Source: Perna viridis (taxonomy: Eukaryota). From it: a stretch of 64,000 nucleotides of DNA. The notes beneath the pieces are model-generated. The model was not told the origin of the DNA. It did not search any database and saw nothing but the letters and a program-made list of their open reading frames with translations. The position numbers and the translations under genes are program-made. Location: assembly GCA_037379345.1 (NCBI GenBank), contig CM074511.1, forward strand, positions 49,172,862-49,236,861, written 5' to 3'. Positions 28,601 through 42,545 of the stretch are shown piece by piece. Numbering within the stretch: the first letter of the stretch is position 1; every line of letters begins with the position of its first letter.

Positions 28601-29360
28601 AGATAACTCTATATACTCTGCTACACAACTGTATGAGGTTAACCAGTCATCAATTTTTACTGTAAGATTACAAAATACAAAAAAAAGTTATATCTACTTC
28701 CACTTAAAAAGGCAGATTTTGGTTGAACACTGGTAATAGTTAAAATGTTCCTAACACTGTCTCTGTGACACAAAAATACAATAAAGGTGGATTAACTAGA
28801 ATATAATCTGCCACGTGATGTTCCTAACACTCGTAATTTTCTACTCAGTTTTTCACTCATGATATATAGTTTGATAACTTGGAAGGCATTATTAGAAAAT
28901 AACTAAATTACACCATCGGAATTCGAGCAAGAGACGGATGATTCAATATGGATCGGCAAGTATAAATGACTGCAAAATAAAATCTATATTTTTGCTATTA
29001 TGGTGTTTTTATGGATGAACATCGATTGTTGTCTGAATCTGGATGCTCATAATTTTCTATGTCATTTCTCTATCCTGTTAAATTATCCCAGAAATACAGC
29101 TATTGCAATATTATTATAGATAACAATTCCAAGTTAATTTTTCAATTAGTCTGTCAGATTAATTCCACTACTAATCCAATAACTTGGCAGATGTTCCATT
29201 TATCGATGAAATGTAAGGATAATGTATAAAACTTCTATGTAAAGCTTTTACACAAGTTACAAAGTTATTACAGAAATGAAGCATAATTGCAGATACGTTG
29301 GTTGTAAACAGATTCTGAACCTTGGTCAACCTTTGACAAAGTCAGAAGGTTAAGATGAAA

Positions 29361-29688
29361 TTGATTGATTGATGATGGTTTAACATTCTAAAGAAAATAT
29401 TTCATGCATTTCAGAACCAATCAAAGAGACCCACCTTTGTACCAGAAAGACACTATGAGTTAGATATTTATTGTGCTATCTCACAGAAGCAATTGTCTTA
29501 AGGATACATGCCACCCCACTCAGACACAATATTTACTGAGCCAACCAGTTGTTACTATATCCCATAAATACCCTGTGTTTGGTGAAGAAGTAGGGATTAA
29601 AAACTTTAAAAGTGTAACTTGGCCAGGAATTAAACACACAACTTTCCCTGATTGAGGCGAGTATACTACCCCAGGATCAAGCAGCCGG
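29361..29688 (-). mobile_element. tRNA-derived SINE (Nin-domain-like), degenerate
   Basis: Minus strand reads a tRNA-like head with a decayed B box (gtttaattcctgg), a central ctggttggctcag...tgtgtctgagtggggtggcatgt...tgagatagcac block resembling the molluscan Nin-SINE core, and an (ATCA)n tail. Confidence 0.75.
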
Positions 29689-31519
29689 GTTAAGATAGGA
29701 TGTTTGAATATAGCATCAGAATTATACATATCTTTTGCTTTAATAAAATCCATCTCACAAGTTACATTTTCATTTATAAGAAACAGCATACTAATGCTTT
29801 TTCACTTAGTGGTTTCAATATCAAACAAACTGTCATAATTGTAAAAACTTTAAATAAGAAAGCGTTTTTTCCCTTACAAGTTGTATTAGATAATAAATAT
29901 TACTTGAACACAGCTTAAATCAGCAAAAAAATTATGGTAAAACATCATGTAACTTGTTTGACAAGTTTTATGAGACACTGGTGACAATACATTTTATTGT
30001 ACACTTTGTATGCTTATTTCAACATCTTACACAATATAGCTTTTATTTTTTTTTACATACAAAAGTACATAAAACTTCTTAAAGATATGGGAAAATATCA
30101 TTGTCCTATCTTAAATGGTACAAACAGAAACTTGCAGACTTATATCAAATTCACATTGTTACCTAATTCATTCAGAGAAAACACAATTGACTATTTATGC
30201 AGTGTCTGGGTAAAGAAATATCCTTCAGAAGAATATAATTATTTTTTTGACATAATCATGCTTTAAGTTTTTATTTCAGCTATAGATAAGTCACTGCACA
30301 GTAATTTCACAGAAACTTGATAGTACCTAGGTCACATTGGAAGTCTCATGTAAGGACTTAATTTTCAATTCTGAACGACACAAAACTGAAAGGTGAAGGA
30401 ATTTCTCCCTCAATTGAATCAAATGATTATAATAACATGCAAAGAATACTGGTTCACACAAGCTTGATTAACGGAATAATATACAACACTGTTCACAGGA
30501 TGGTATAATATTTCCTTCAGTCATTTGCAAATCTAGATCATTACTGTGACATTATTACGACAAAAAGATTTTTTTTCACTTTTAGAGAATAAATTTGAAT
30601 CATATCACAGTTATCAAAGAAACATTATTATAAGTCTACATATAATTGAAATGTAGAACAATGTATCAGATCTGCTATGTATAAAGCACATCCTCGCTTG
30701 TCCAATTTGGCTGAATGAAAGAAAAAAACAATGTACCCCCTCTTTTACGAAGTAAGGTATTAAACAGTTCCTAAGAAATTAATAAGAACTTAGAATGCAT
30801 TTCATTTAGCAATTAGACTGCAGGTTGTCAGAGCACTTCCTGAGCACAACATTTCACATCTGTCTATATGTATTTACCACGGTGATAACTTACAAATCAT
30901 CTATAATAAGCAATAGCTAACTTGAAAGAAGGAAACATTCCCAATTATCCAGTTAATTAATTTCTTAAAATGAAGAAAGGACAATAAGATTTTAGCCTAA
31001 TTTTAACTGAATTTCATAATGTGAAACTTGAAAGTGTACAACACTTTCTATTATTTCTAGTTAAGGCCACTCTTTATCAAGTTTGGTAAATGCACTTGTA
31101 GTCATGTACTTGATACAATTTATTGTACTACATACTAAACAGCATAAACCAATCAGTCAAAGGTGAAAGAATCTATGTCCCAATTAGTATTCAGTATGTT
31201 CTACAAACAAAGCATTCATCATGAACATGAAGTTGCAAGTCTGGACCTCAATACTACATGTACTAAGTAACTTGAAACAAAGACTGAAGGAAAAACCACA
31301 AAGTATTGTTTGTTTAAATGTTGGATAGATATGAGACAATAGTTTAAACTGTAACCTAAAAATGGATCACTGGGTACCAAAAATGATGAGGTAACACATT
31401 ACTTCAATTCTACAAACAAAATGCTTAATCACCATTTAATAACAAAACCCCAGAAGAAAACAACTAAAGATCTAATCAATAAGATGTATAACAATACAAA
31501 ATAAAGGTCACCAGTGACC

Positions 31520-33060
31520 TTATAAGTCAAGAAAGTCAAGACTGTTCTGTGATATACCATCTTGGCAATACCTCAAATGCAAAACCCTGAAAATTGCTGA
31601 ATAGGAGAGCATTTCATTAAGACTATTCAATACATAGAAAAAAGGGAAATATTATCTGTTGGTAACAAATCACTGACAATACACAAAAAAGGACTCTTCT
31701 TTCTTATGAACTTATGAGTTCTACAGCCCTATCTTTAAATCATCCAATTTTATAATTTTGAGGAGCCACCTTTTACTGTTAACTATTGAGGACTACTCGT
31801 CTGTGTTAAGAACATAGGCTTCAATTTCAGATGGCGATGTCCTGTAACACAAGGTTAATTGGGAATTTGATATGAGTGAAAAAACACAACATTTTTAAAC
31901 CTTTCATTTTCTTTAGTTATTGTATGAAGGTTTCATGTTAACTGGCCATCAATTATCAAATATTCACAGTATAAAATTTGATTTTATTTCACCTTAATCT
32001 CTTAAATCATCAACAAATATCACTAAATCATAAAAGTAACAGATCTTTTTACATTGAGCATCACTGATGTAGAAACATTACTGTAAAAGTACTGTAGCTC
32101 ATGAATACAAATTTTTGTGGGTTAGGGAAGAAACATAAGTCCAAAATGCAAAGTACATGTAGTTGCCTGTTACTTCTCTGCTTAATTGAACTTTTGCATT
32201 ATGAAGCTAGAATTTTACAAGGGCTACTACATAAAGAGGAGAATCCACTAAACCAATCCTTCAATTTCAGTATTCACTATATAGATGATACATCATCTCT
32301 CAATAATCCTACTTTCAATGATTGCTTTAATCTGGTCAACCCAAATGAACTTAATAGTATAGAGACAACTGATACACCTTCGCTTTTATTCCTTGACCCA
32401 TCAAGATTTGGGTACATACTATACACGTATGATACAGGACTTTTGAAATCTGAACTTAATGACAAAGAGGATGAAATTGACTTTCCATTGTCAAATACCG
32501 CTTTCCTAATGACAGTTCATGCTGTGCACATAATTTGTACACTGACTTTCTTAAAAGAGTAAAGATACTGGCAAAAAAGTCTGTAAAACAAAGGTATAAT
32601 CAGGCTTTCTTGACATCATCATTCCATCAAGTTTTATGTTAGTCGTCACAATTTGCTTTACCCAGTGAGTTTCTATCTCACAGATAAGATGTCTACAGTT
32701 AGATTTTAAGCCTTCTAGTACTGACAACTTACCAAACTTACAGCTAAATAGTTTTAATTCCCTTGCAATTTGATGGGTAATATTGCTTGAGAAGCACCTC
32801 CTGGGCACCTGATGTTACTCCAATTTTTGTGCGAGTAAATATTACAAATGCTTTAGTTTATTGGGTGTTGTCTAGTTGACTTATCTACAGTTTTTATATG
32901 TTACAGTATTTTATTCCATTGTCTACATTGTGTATGTAGATCTTCTAAGTTTCCAGTTTTTCATGTTTTGGCCAAGTAGAAATTACACCAGTACTTGGAT
33001 TTTAATGTGTGACTGTCTGAAACTTCTTTTCCCTTATGGTTCGTTTTTTTTTCTATTGTA
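31520..33060 (+). mobile_element. Decayed Penelope-like retroelement (RT relic; no C-terminal GIY-YIG seen, so possibly Naiad-type)
   Basis: ORF 32101..32562 contains HYEARILQGLL..QSFNFSIHYIDD..SLNNPTF...PNEL..ETTDT..FLD...LKSELNDKEDEIDFPLSNTAFL, matching PLE RT motifs 5-7 (FNFTxRYIDDxxSLNN...PxELExKxTTDT...YDKRDDFNFPIVNFPFL). There is a frameshifted TYDFSTLY-like motif at ~31710, a KKxxKQ.Y..L.SSF.KFY.RH-like thumb at 32565-32680, and a gcacctga/T-rich 3' tail. Confidence 0.8.
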
Positions 33061-34489
33061 AATCTGACCAAACTAACCTTAATTTTCAGTGGACTGTGGA
33101 AAATCTTTACCCACCTAACCTAACCTAACCTAACTATTCTTGCCACTCTCATTACAAACCAGCCTCTTATTCCTCCAGAGTTTCATAAGGTAAATATCAT
33201 CACAACAGATACAAAGTAGAGTTCAAGGTAATAATGTATTGAGCCAATGTCCTAGTTAATGAAGATATCCTGATATTTGTCCAAACCAAAATAGACCTAT
33301 TCATCTCTTACTGTTGAATAAAGTAAACATTCCTAATACAATGGAACAAACCAGACCATCACAAACAGAAAATCATCAATTAAGTTTAATCAAGCAAGTG
33401 TGTCACAAAAAAAAAGGAGAAATCAATTTTCAATCAAGGATTTACTCTCCACAGTTTTTTTTCAACAGTATTAAATGTGATCATGGTCGACATTGACTCA
33501 TTAATCTCTATTTTTATTTTGCTACTTTTTTCAACAATAGTGTAGAATTTGAAGTTATTCATGTTAGACTTTTTTTCCTGTTTTTAGAAACCTGGTCCTA
33601 CATTCCAGCAGAATTTTCACTCTACAGACTTGTTTATTGGTAGTTTTATAGATTTACCTATATAGTTTGATGTATTTCTATGTTTACTAGACATATAAAT
33701 TGTTTTCTGAGGTAATTGAGTTACTGGAATCAACATATAGGATGGTAATGATCATTGTTTGGAACAGAAATTGAACAGTATGACTATATAAAACACAGCC
33801 TCAGCATTAACACAATGTGATTACTGAAAATATGTTCAATTTTGTTGTTGTTACCTGTACAGGAATTAATTTATGTGTAGACAGCTGTGACATTAGGGAA
33901 TGATACTCCCATCCATGCTTGGTAGCTTGGTAAAAAATTTTCATTAAAAAGTAGATACATTGTATTGAAAGCATTGTAACTTGCAACTCAGTAAAGTTTG
34001 AAGCAATTCCAACAGAATGGTCGTAGATGCAATCCTCGTTGAAGGTATAACTTTGTGAGTCAAATGCTCTTCTGTCTTATAAGAAAGTACAAAGGCCTCT
34101 GAAAAGAGAGTCCCTGTACAAATGGTCCTAAATTCCCTGCCTGTAGATGACAAAGACATAGAAATCAACTCTAAGGACACAATCAATACAACCTAAATTC
34201 CTGACCTTAACCTTTGACCTCCAAGTCTATTTTCCTGATCTATGAATTCAGGCATTACCTACAAATGTATTACATCAAAAAACACTAACTAATCAACATT
34301 CATGTAAAGTTTGATCCCTTTACTATGATTACAGTCTCAAAAGTGCTTGGATGGCAAATCAATTACTACTGATAGTCTCTCACTCAAAGTAATGGGGTTC
34401 TTTACTACAGTAAAGACTAATAATGAGTACAATTTTACATAAAATGCACCATTATATAGATATTGTAATTTAAAACTCCTAAGACAAGA

Positions 34490-35697
34490 TTTCACTGCAT
34501 ACATGCGATCACTAGGACAGGTTTTCGCTGCATAAAGGTGATCACTACGACAGATTTTATCTGCATACAGGCGGATAATAGGAGAGATTTCGTTGCATAC
34601 ACGCAGTCTATAGGACAGGTTTTCGCTGCATATAGGTGGTCACTAAGACACATTTCGCTGCATACAGGTATTCACTAAGACAGATTTTGCTGCACACAGC
34701 AGAGTTGAAATAGTAGCCTGCCCCCTAGCCCAAGACTGGCCAATTTTTGCCAGGGCTGGCTAATTTCAGCAAAAATCTATATAGCCATATAGTAAATATA
34801 TTGAAAAATTGTATTCAGGACTGGCTAGAATTTGAGTGAGTTTCCTATCCTGCATACAGTTGGTCACTAGAACAGATTTTGCTGCATACATGCCGTCAAT
34901 AGGACAGGTTTTCGCTGTATACAGGCGATCACTCGGACATATTTTTGCTGCATACAGGCAATCACTAGGACAGATTTTTGCTGCATACAGGTGGTCAATA
35001 GGACAGGTTTTCGCTGCACACATGCGGTCAATTGGACAGGTTTTTGCTGCATAAAGGGGATCATTAGGACAGGTATTCACTGCATACAGGCGGTCACTAG
35101 GACTGGTGTTCACTGCATACAGGCGGTCACTAGGACAGATTTTTGTTGCATATAGGCTGTTACTAGGACAGATTTCGCTGCATACATGCAGTCAATAGGA
35201 CAAGTTTTCACTACATACAGTCAATCACTAGGACAGATTTTTGCTGCAAACAGGCAGTCACTAGAACAGGTTTTTGCTGCATAAAGGAGTTCACTTAGAC
35301 AGGTTTTCGCTGTATACAGGCGATCACTAGGACAGATTTTTGCTGCATAAAGGGGATCACTAGGACAGGTTTTCACTACATATAGGTGGTTACTAGGACA
35401 GGTTCGCTGCATACAGGTGGTCACTAGGACAGGTTTTTGCTGCATAAAGGAGATCACTAGGACAGGTTTTCACTGCATATAGGTGGTTACTAGGACAGGT
35501 TCGCTGCATACAGGTGGTCACTAGGATAGGTTTTTGCTGCTTACAGGAGGTCACTAGGACAGGTTTTTGCTGCTTACAGGCAGTCACTAGGACAGGTTTT
35601 TGCTGCATACAGGTGGTCACTAGGACAGTTTTTGCTGCTTACAGGCAGTCACTAAGACAGGTTTTTGTGGCTTACAGGCAGTCACTAGGACAAGTTT
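34490..35697. repeat. 33-bp minisatellite, about 31 copies, interrupted by an insertion
   Basis: Unit gtcactaggacaggtttttgctgcatacaggtg (tcactag at 35584 and 35617). Accounts for the ORFs with TCPSDxLYAAK repeats. Confidence 0.95.
34700..34852. mobile_element. hAT-like MITE inserted in the 33-bp array
   Basis: Ends cagagttgaaa ... tttcctatcctg, with internal tagcc/ggctggcta motifs. The array heptamer CA(C/T)ACAG is duplicated on both flanks. Confidence 0.55.
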
Positions 35698-37479
35698 GAT
35701 TGTATGTGGTTATATAGAGATCTAAATTGGTTATAACCACTTGCATGTTTTATATTCAACTGCATTGTAAATATGAATTATTTCATGTTAGGTAGAATAA
35801 AGGAAAGAAAATGAAGATTGAAGTAGTTAATTTCATGGGAATCAATTAAGCTTCAATTCATTAAATTTCTTTCATAGCCTAACACAATATATAATTACAA
35901 TCTTGTGAAGGAGTCATAATACACCATCATTTAATGTATCTAAGGCCCTAGTTACACATGCTATCAGCTACCATGGGATTCCGTATCTAACCCCATAAAT
36001 TATCTAATATTTTTTCACAAAGATAAAATGGTTAATAATTAAAACATTTGGGATTCTGTCGATAATAAGTAATTGTCAAGAATTCCCAAGTCCAATGAAT
36101 GAAACAAATAATTTCTTCTGTTACAAACCAAGCTTAGGTTATGTGAATTGATAGTGAAGCACTCATGTATTAACCGAATATTGAATTGGAAATTGTGTAT
36201 ACTGGGTGTATATATATATACTTCTGATTGTGGGTATAGTTCTCATATCTGAAGCTATCAGCAAACATGCATGACAACAATACAAATATACATATGTAGA
36301 ATTCAAAATCTGTTGAATTAATGTAGAAATATATTCTGCTCAAAATCTGAGAACTGCTGCATATGAACGATAATTCAATTAATTACATACTTTCAGCCAT
36401 ACAATGACTTCTTAATATTTCAAGGAATAAGAATAAGCATGATTTTATAGGGCTACTACCACAACAGAAATACTTATCTCTTTCCTGAAAATATCAGTTG
36501 TTTGGGCAGGCTAAACAAAATGGTTTTAAGTAAAGATTCAGTCGGTGAATGCCACATATTGCCAATATAGAATGAAAAGCTTCGCAGAGCTCAGCATGAT
36601 ACGATTGCAGTGATCAAATCTTGAACAGTTGAACTCAATATTATTTTTTGACTCACTTATGTATAGGGACTTACAATTCATTATGGACACAACAAGTGGT
36701 TTGGAATCTATATTGCACAAAATTTGAAATTCAAATAAAAATTTTCAAAACCAAACCAAACATGAAATAGTAGATTCTTTTGGATTGTGGTCCCTTTGAA
36801 CCTTTATAACTCAAAAACCATAAGAGATATCTGAAATCTGATTGGAAAAAGTAAGCAAGGATTTTCAAAAAGAATCCAATATAAAAAATTCAAAATCAGA
36901 CCAAAATAAATCAAAGACTGAAGTCTTCAAAGTCGCTAATCATCAAATATTCTGTGCCACTGATTTTGGCTTACTTTCAACATCTAAAATGGCAAGAATG
37001 CGATATGCTCTAAAATCGGGTGACTTCTGCTGGAATCTTGGTTCCCTTGATATCATTACTCTTTCATAACCATGATGACCAAAATTTTTTTAATCAAAAC
37101 TCCTGGTTACCAGGAATCAGATTAAACAACTGGCAATGGCTATATAGAGATATCGGGGCCCTGATAATGTACATGACCTATATAGTCATTTGTAACAAGC
37201 CCATGTGTCTGAATCAGAAACTAGGTAATGTTCAATGCTAACTGATCATTTCATCTTTTAAATGTAAACTTCGAATTTTCATACAAATAAAAAACACAAG
37301 TAGAACACATGTGATAGATATTTAAGAGGTACATTTTGATCTCATATTAAGCTAGAACTACAAAGCTATGACGGTAAACATAGCACCAAACTGCAGCTTC
37401 TGTGGAGTAGTAATATAAAATTATGCAAATCATATGGGAATGTAAAGAACTGAAATTACAAGTGCAAGAAGTCACTAAC

Positions 37480-38200
37480 AATATTAGTGACTGAATAAAA
37501 TGAAGATTTTCTTTTGGGTGTATCCCTTTTGACTTCTTATAACTCGAAAAATGAGACAAAACTAATTAAAGGTGGTGCATTGATGTTGGGAAATTCTTCT
37601 GCCATTATAGCTATCTTAGCTGTGGAGTTTATTGTAAAAGCAACTATTCAGCCAGAACTATTTCACAGCTTGCATTACAATTTTTAACTATTTGTATTTA
37701 TGATTGTTATTTTGCTCTTTTAACTGTTTCAAGATTAAACATTTTTTCAAGATTATGAGAGGTATCTGGGGTCAGACAAATAAACATGAACAGTCTTTTC
37801 AAGACAATTTATAACATATTTATGGATATATCTGTCAAATTTCTCCGTTGACTACAACAGCTCCAAGATACACTGGAACATGAGTTATCCAACACACATA
37901 TTCCAGAATCCTGTATATATTGTCGCCCTATCGTTCTTTCTAAAATTGATACTACTGTGGTTTTTGGACCCAATGTTGTTGGAGTATACAGGTAGTTTAA
38001 AGTAGTTAATATTTTACGCAAACTGACTGATAATTTTATTGAGACCTGGATTCTGTACATATCTAATTCACATTACTGAATGTTCTCTTGCAGTCTGCAT
38101 TACTGTTCTACTATAAGTGGAGGCTAATGTACCGGTAGATAAAACATCAAATCTGTGTCCAGAATATGCATCTTAAAATTGTCATCGATGCCTTTAATTG
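37480..38200 (-). pseudogene. Possible decayed OTU-family cysteine protease coding relic
   Basis: Stop- and frameshift-interrupted motifs in OTU order: IKG.DDN..CF.YRYISLHL, TAREHSVMxIRY, GFW..GxLMFQCILELL..VHVY, LISLSHFS..ENLHF.QSL. Confidence 0.4.
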
Positions 38201-38399
38201 TGCTTCAAAAATCCATTTCACTGTAATTTTCATATGTAGGATAGTTTGACAATTCTCTTTACCTGGCCTTCTTTTCTCAATGGAAGTGTAAACAATATCT
38301 AATGTTTTCATGGGTATGTACAGCAAAATGTCAGAGGTATTTCAGAAATTCTGGCTCTGCAACTTGATTCATTAATTTCGGATTTGGCTGCAGCATCAA

Positions 38400-40860
38400 G
38401 AAGAAGGAACCACAACACCAAAAGTCCAAAATAACACCATTGTCAGGGATGTCAATAGAAGACCTCAACCTGCAAACTTGGATGGCGACTTGCTCATGGT
38501 TTGACGGCTACTCTATTTTCAAAATGGATGAAGACTTGCAAAATTTTTATCAGTTCACCTGCTGCTTTTTCTTTTTTTCCCGCTACTTAAAATACTACTG
38601 ACATCCCTGATTGTTTAACTGAAGTACAGAGACTAAACCTGAACCTTTGGATATCTAACACTGCTATCTAATCTTTGATGTAGACATTGTTCCTTCCTGT
38701 AACAATTCTAATTAAAGAAAAACTTAACCAAAATAATCCTTTTTGCCTTCAGACAGACAGCTCTTCCATCTTGAGACAAATTCAGATAAGTGCATCCATA
38801 TCAGTTTTCAAAGTTCTTTAATATTAACTCATAATCAAACAAAATAATAATAAACTATCATTCCAACAAAGCCTAAATATTTTACATCAAATATCATCAT
38901 AGAACACACCTAAATTAATACCAAAGGTCATCTGAGTCCCAGAGTGCACAGGAACAATTACAACCATCGCTAGATAATGATGGCATTTCTGGGTAGGCTG
39001 TCGTAACAAAGACAGAGGAATCTGATTATTGGAATAACAAACCCCGAGCTCGATATACTCTGTCCTGTGGGACAAATACAAACTCATCACCGATTCAACA
39101 AATAGACGTAATGAGAAACATTCTTTCCATATATGATGATTTAATTTGTGCCTGCTGTGGAATTTCTCTACTTCCATTTATCTGGCTAAATGTAATTTTC
39201 TTTGTGAAATCCTCATCTTCACTGTTCTTGCACTGCTGGAAAGAGATCAGCCATTGTGGCCATGGCATATATATGAAAACATATCACTAGAAGTTAGTAC
39301 AATATCAAAATAAACTTCATAAAAGATCCTGATATTAATTTAAAATATATTGCATAATAATATCTATCCATATAGTTATAGACTTCATCATTGCAAAGAA
39401 ATAAGCTGCCATCAATATATAAAGCATCAACAATGAAACACAGCCCTTTTATCGGATATTTTCTATTACAAAAAGGATTACTCAGAGTAATTGGATGGAC
39501 TTCTAGTTTAATCAACAAGCAATGAACACAATCTGGACTATTAAATTCTAATGTGATATACCATATGCTTGACTGGTTTGTTCCTACACCAGCAAATCTT
39601 CTATAAAGTCTTTATAATGATGAATAAATCACAGACAGCCAAGGGAAATTGTTGCTGTTTTGTAACTGTTGGTTTCACAAAATAATTAAGACAGGCAAAA
39701 TGAAAAACTATCTATAACAGCTTTTGTGTATGCTCATAAAAATGGCTCATCAATGAAATTCAAAGTCATAATGTAATTTCATGGAATAATGAGAAATGGA
39801 AAATAAAAAAAAATGATCACCTGTCCAATCAAGAAATAAAGACCAGAGAATAGATGTGTATATGAAACATACACAAGAAATCTCACATCTAGAAAGAAAA
39901 CCTACATCAACTTTTTAGAGGCATGGGCATCCTCAGTTTTCAACATAGATTCAAAAAGAAAATCTCTTTTTGATAAGAACTGATTTTACAGTTTGATAAA
40001 TCAACTGAAAAGAAGAAAACAGGGACTTAGTCATAATTGATTGAAGCTGATGGATAGAAGAATGTCAAGATGGGTCCTTAGTGTTTTTATGATAGATAAA
40101 TCCTAAAATTGTTATGAAATAAACACTAAGCAACAGAAGAATGACTAAACATTTCCTATTCTTACATCAAACATGGCAATAAAACACATTTTCTCTGCCA
40201 AGACTAAACAAAAAACACCATAAAATCCAATGATACAGGCCTTACAGTAGAAGGTTATTGACTACTATAATCGAATTCAGACAGCCTAAATCTTAAATTA
40301 CAATCGATGGTTTAGACAGAAGGTTATGTATATGATATCTTATATAAGGCATCGTAACCTCAACCAAATATTCTAGAAACAGACAAAATCAACGGTCTTG
40401 GCCTGGATCTAAAATGATAGGAAAACAATGATAATTACAAGGAAGTCCAATTAGAGAGAAATACATAAAAATCTATCTTAATTCAATGCCTAGTGTTTAT
40501 ATGGCTGCCTGGAAAACAACACTACCATTACTACATTGATTTTCTTATGATAACCCAACCACAGAAAAATCAACAACTCCTCCTTAGTTAATTTGATCGT
40601 ATGCTTTGTTCTTTTCAAGACTATACAAGTAACCACAACCAGAATTTGGACTATTTCCCTAAAGCACAACTGATAAGCACATGATGACGATTGTGACTTT
40701 CCTTGTCTTACTACTGACAAAGATCAAGTGTAAGTTAGGTGCCTGTGCAGCTTTTACTTTCATGTTAATGCCCTTAAATAGAAGTTTATTACAAGATTTC
40801 AGTATGTAGTTGCGAGATAATATCAGTAAATAGAAGACTTTTATTGCTGGCAATAATTAA
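38400..40860 (-). mobile_element. Second, heavily decayed Penelope-like RT relic
   Basis: Collinear degenerate RT motifs on the minus strand: FVSSK..LCFREIV (40.7 kb), YD..YT..LRFRL (40.3 kb), NYFVK (39.68 kb), YRR..GVGTN / DCVxLLVD (39.6-39.5 kb), YIDGSLFLCNDEVYNYMDRYY (about YIDD.LSLNN..F..Y.DRIY, 39.4 kb), GVFY..IFRLC (38.9 kb) and LNNQG..SRHP (38.6-38.5 kb). Many stops, frameshifts and insertions. Confidence 0.55.
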
Positions 40861-41883
40861 GTTTCCCTGTATTGACCTTTAATAAAAATAGGTACAGAAC
40901 TGTTTAAGATAAACTGTAAAAAAAATATTCAGTCCACACATTTTATATCGTAATATTGCAAAAAAAAAAACAAGATAGGGATGAAACTGTAATTAAAAAA
41001 AATCAAATTTTGATTTTTTTTAAAAATTAATGATGCATTTTCATTTGACGCTTTTGTGTTTTACATGTCATGATTATTTATAAATGCAAAACAATTTGGT
41101 ACCAGAGGGTTATAGTTCAATGAAAATGACAGTATGTAACTATATATAGTATTGTGTTGGTATACAACCGTACTAAAAAGGCTAAGCATTATAAGATTGG
41201 ATAAAACTCCTTCTGCAAGAACCATTTAAAACAAGAAAAAAATATAACTGAATTACTGTGACATTCCTAGAAAAAATTTTATGTCCTAATATCAGACTGA
41301 ATGCTAGTTAAAATGTAACGGAGCATGCACATCCATAGCTAGTTTGTCTTTCATCCTATAGTTCTGGAAATAACATCAATATTTTCTCCTATGACGTCAA
41401 TTGTTTTTTTTTCAATTGAAAAAAGGTAGCAGAATCGACATAATTCCTATCCAACCATTAGTCCTTGAAGACTGTTGTAGGCTATAAATAAACTTACAAG
41501 GTATAATTCAGACAGGATTAATATCGAAGACTAAATGGAATGATTGCAGTGCTATAATCAGCCAAAACCTTTCTGAAGGATACAGATCATACAATCATCT
41601 TCATGGCACAATTTGTCAGTTTGGCAGAAGGCATCACATACATGTAGAAACTTTCAAACAGATAAAATGTTCAGTTTCAAAAGATAAAACAAATTTCTCC
41701 AAGAGATGAAAGGGAAAGACCACTTTTGCATTAAGTTAGGCTCTTAAGATCAATTATACCCACATAAACAAAAATAAATAATCTTTAATGCAAAATGCGC
41801 TTTTATAAAATGCTCAAGGCTATGCAAAGTTCAAAATCCTTGAAATATAAGGGGATAGCCATCTTGCAGAATTCTCCTATCTG

Positions 41884-42545
41884 AAGGAAGATCATAGTCA
41901 GACTTTATTGATTTTTACCGATAGCTTCCGATTGTCTCGTGACGTCACTAAGTCGGTTTGGTACTGATACAAGTACTGCAAATGTATAACTACTGTATAT
42001 GTAAACAAAGAATATTCCGTAAATATTTCTACGATCCTGTTTATTTAAACATGATGACTTGTCAAGCTTACGATTGCACGAATGATAAAAGAGAAATGTT
42101 CTAAGAAATTTTTCTTACCAGCAACACAAACACTCTTCGGAAGTCATGGAAGTAACCATAAGATTTTCTTTACAAATACTAGCCATCTGGCTGCAAATCC
42201 CATTGTTCGTCAATGATGTCTGACATTTGCTTACATGTTGTGCCTCAATCTTTTCTTCTATTTATTTTGGGTTGAATTTATAGGGGGAAAGTCCCAAATT
42301 TGCGATTTCTTCGGACATCGTAATCAATTACCTATTTACTTTTACTTTACAAACCGACTTCGTGACATCACAGTTCAACCAATCATAGTGGCGCCAACAG
42401 GCACGGGAAATTCAAATTTCCTAATAATAAATCTCGATTAATTAATTAAGAAAAGGAAATTATTTTGTTTCAAGTTAATTTTCATGAATATTTAACAGAT
42501 TAGTTTCTATATTTATGACTTGCACAATAACATGGTCTTCTCCTT
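41884..42545. mobile_element. Non-autonomous DNA transposon (possibly Kolobok-like) with subterminal inverted repeats
   Basis: 20/22 inverted match between gtgacgtcactaagtcggtttg (41939-41960) and caaaccgacttcgtgacatcac (42350-42371); weak terminal match aagga..ga(t/c)cat. Forms a CpG-rich island in a depleted intron. Confidence 0.6.

Noticed and set aside
32780-32860. Hammerhead ribozyme associated with the PLE tail
   Set aside because: No intact CUGAnGA...GAAA core with flanking stems could be assembled here or at other ctgatga sites.
34766-35699. ORFs with TCPSDxLYAAK repeats
   Set aside because: Translation of the 33-bp satellite; 31- and 32-bp units break the frame repeatedly.
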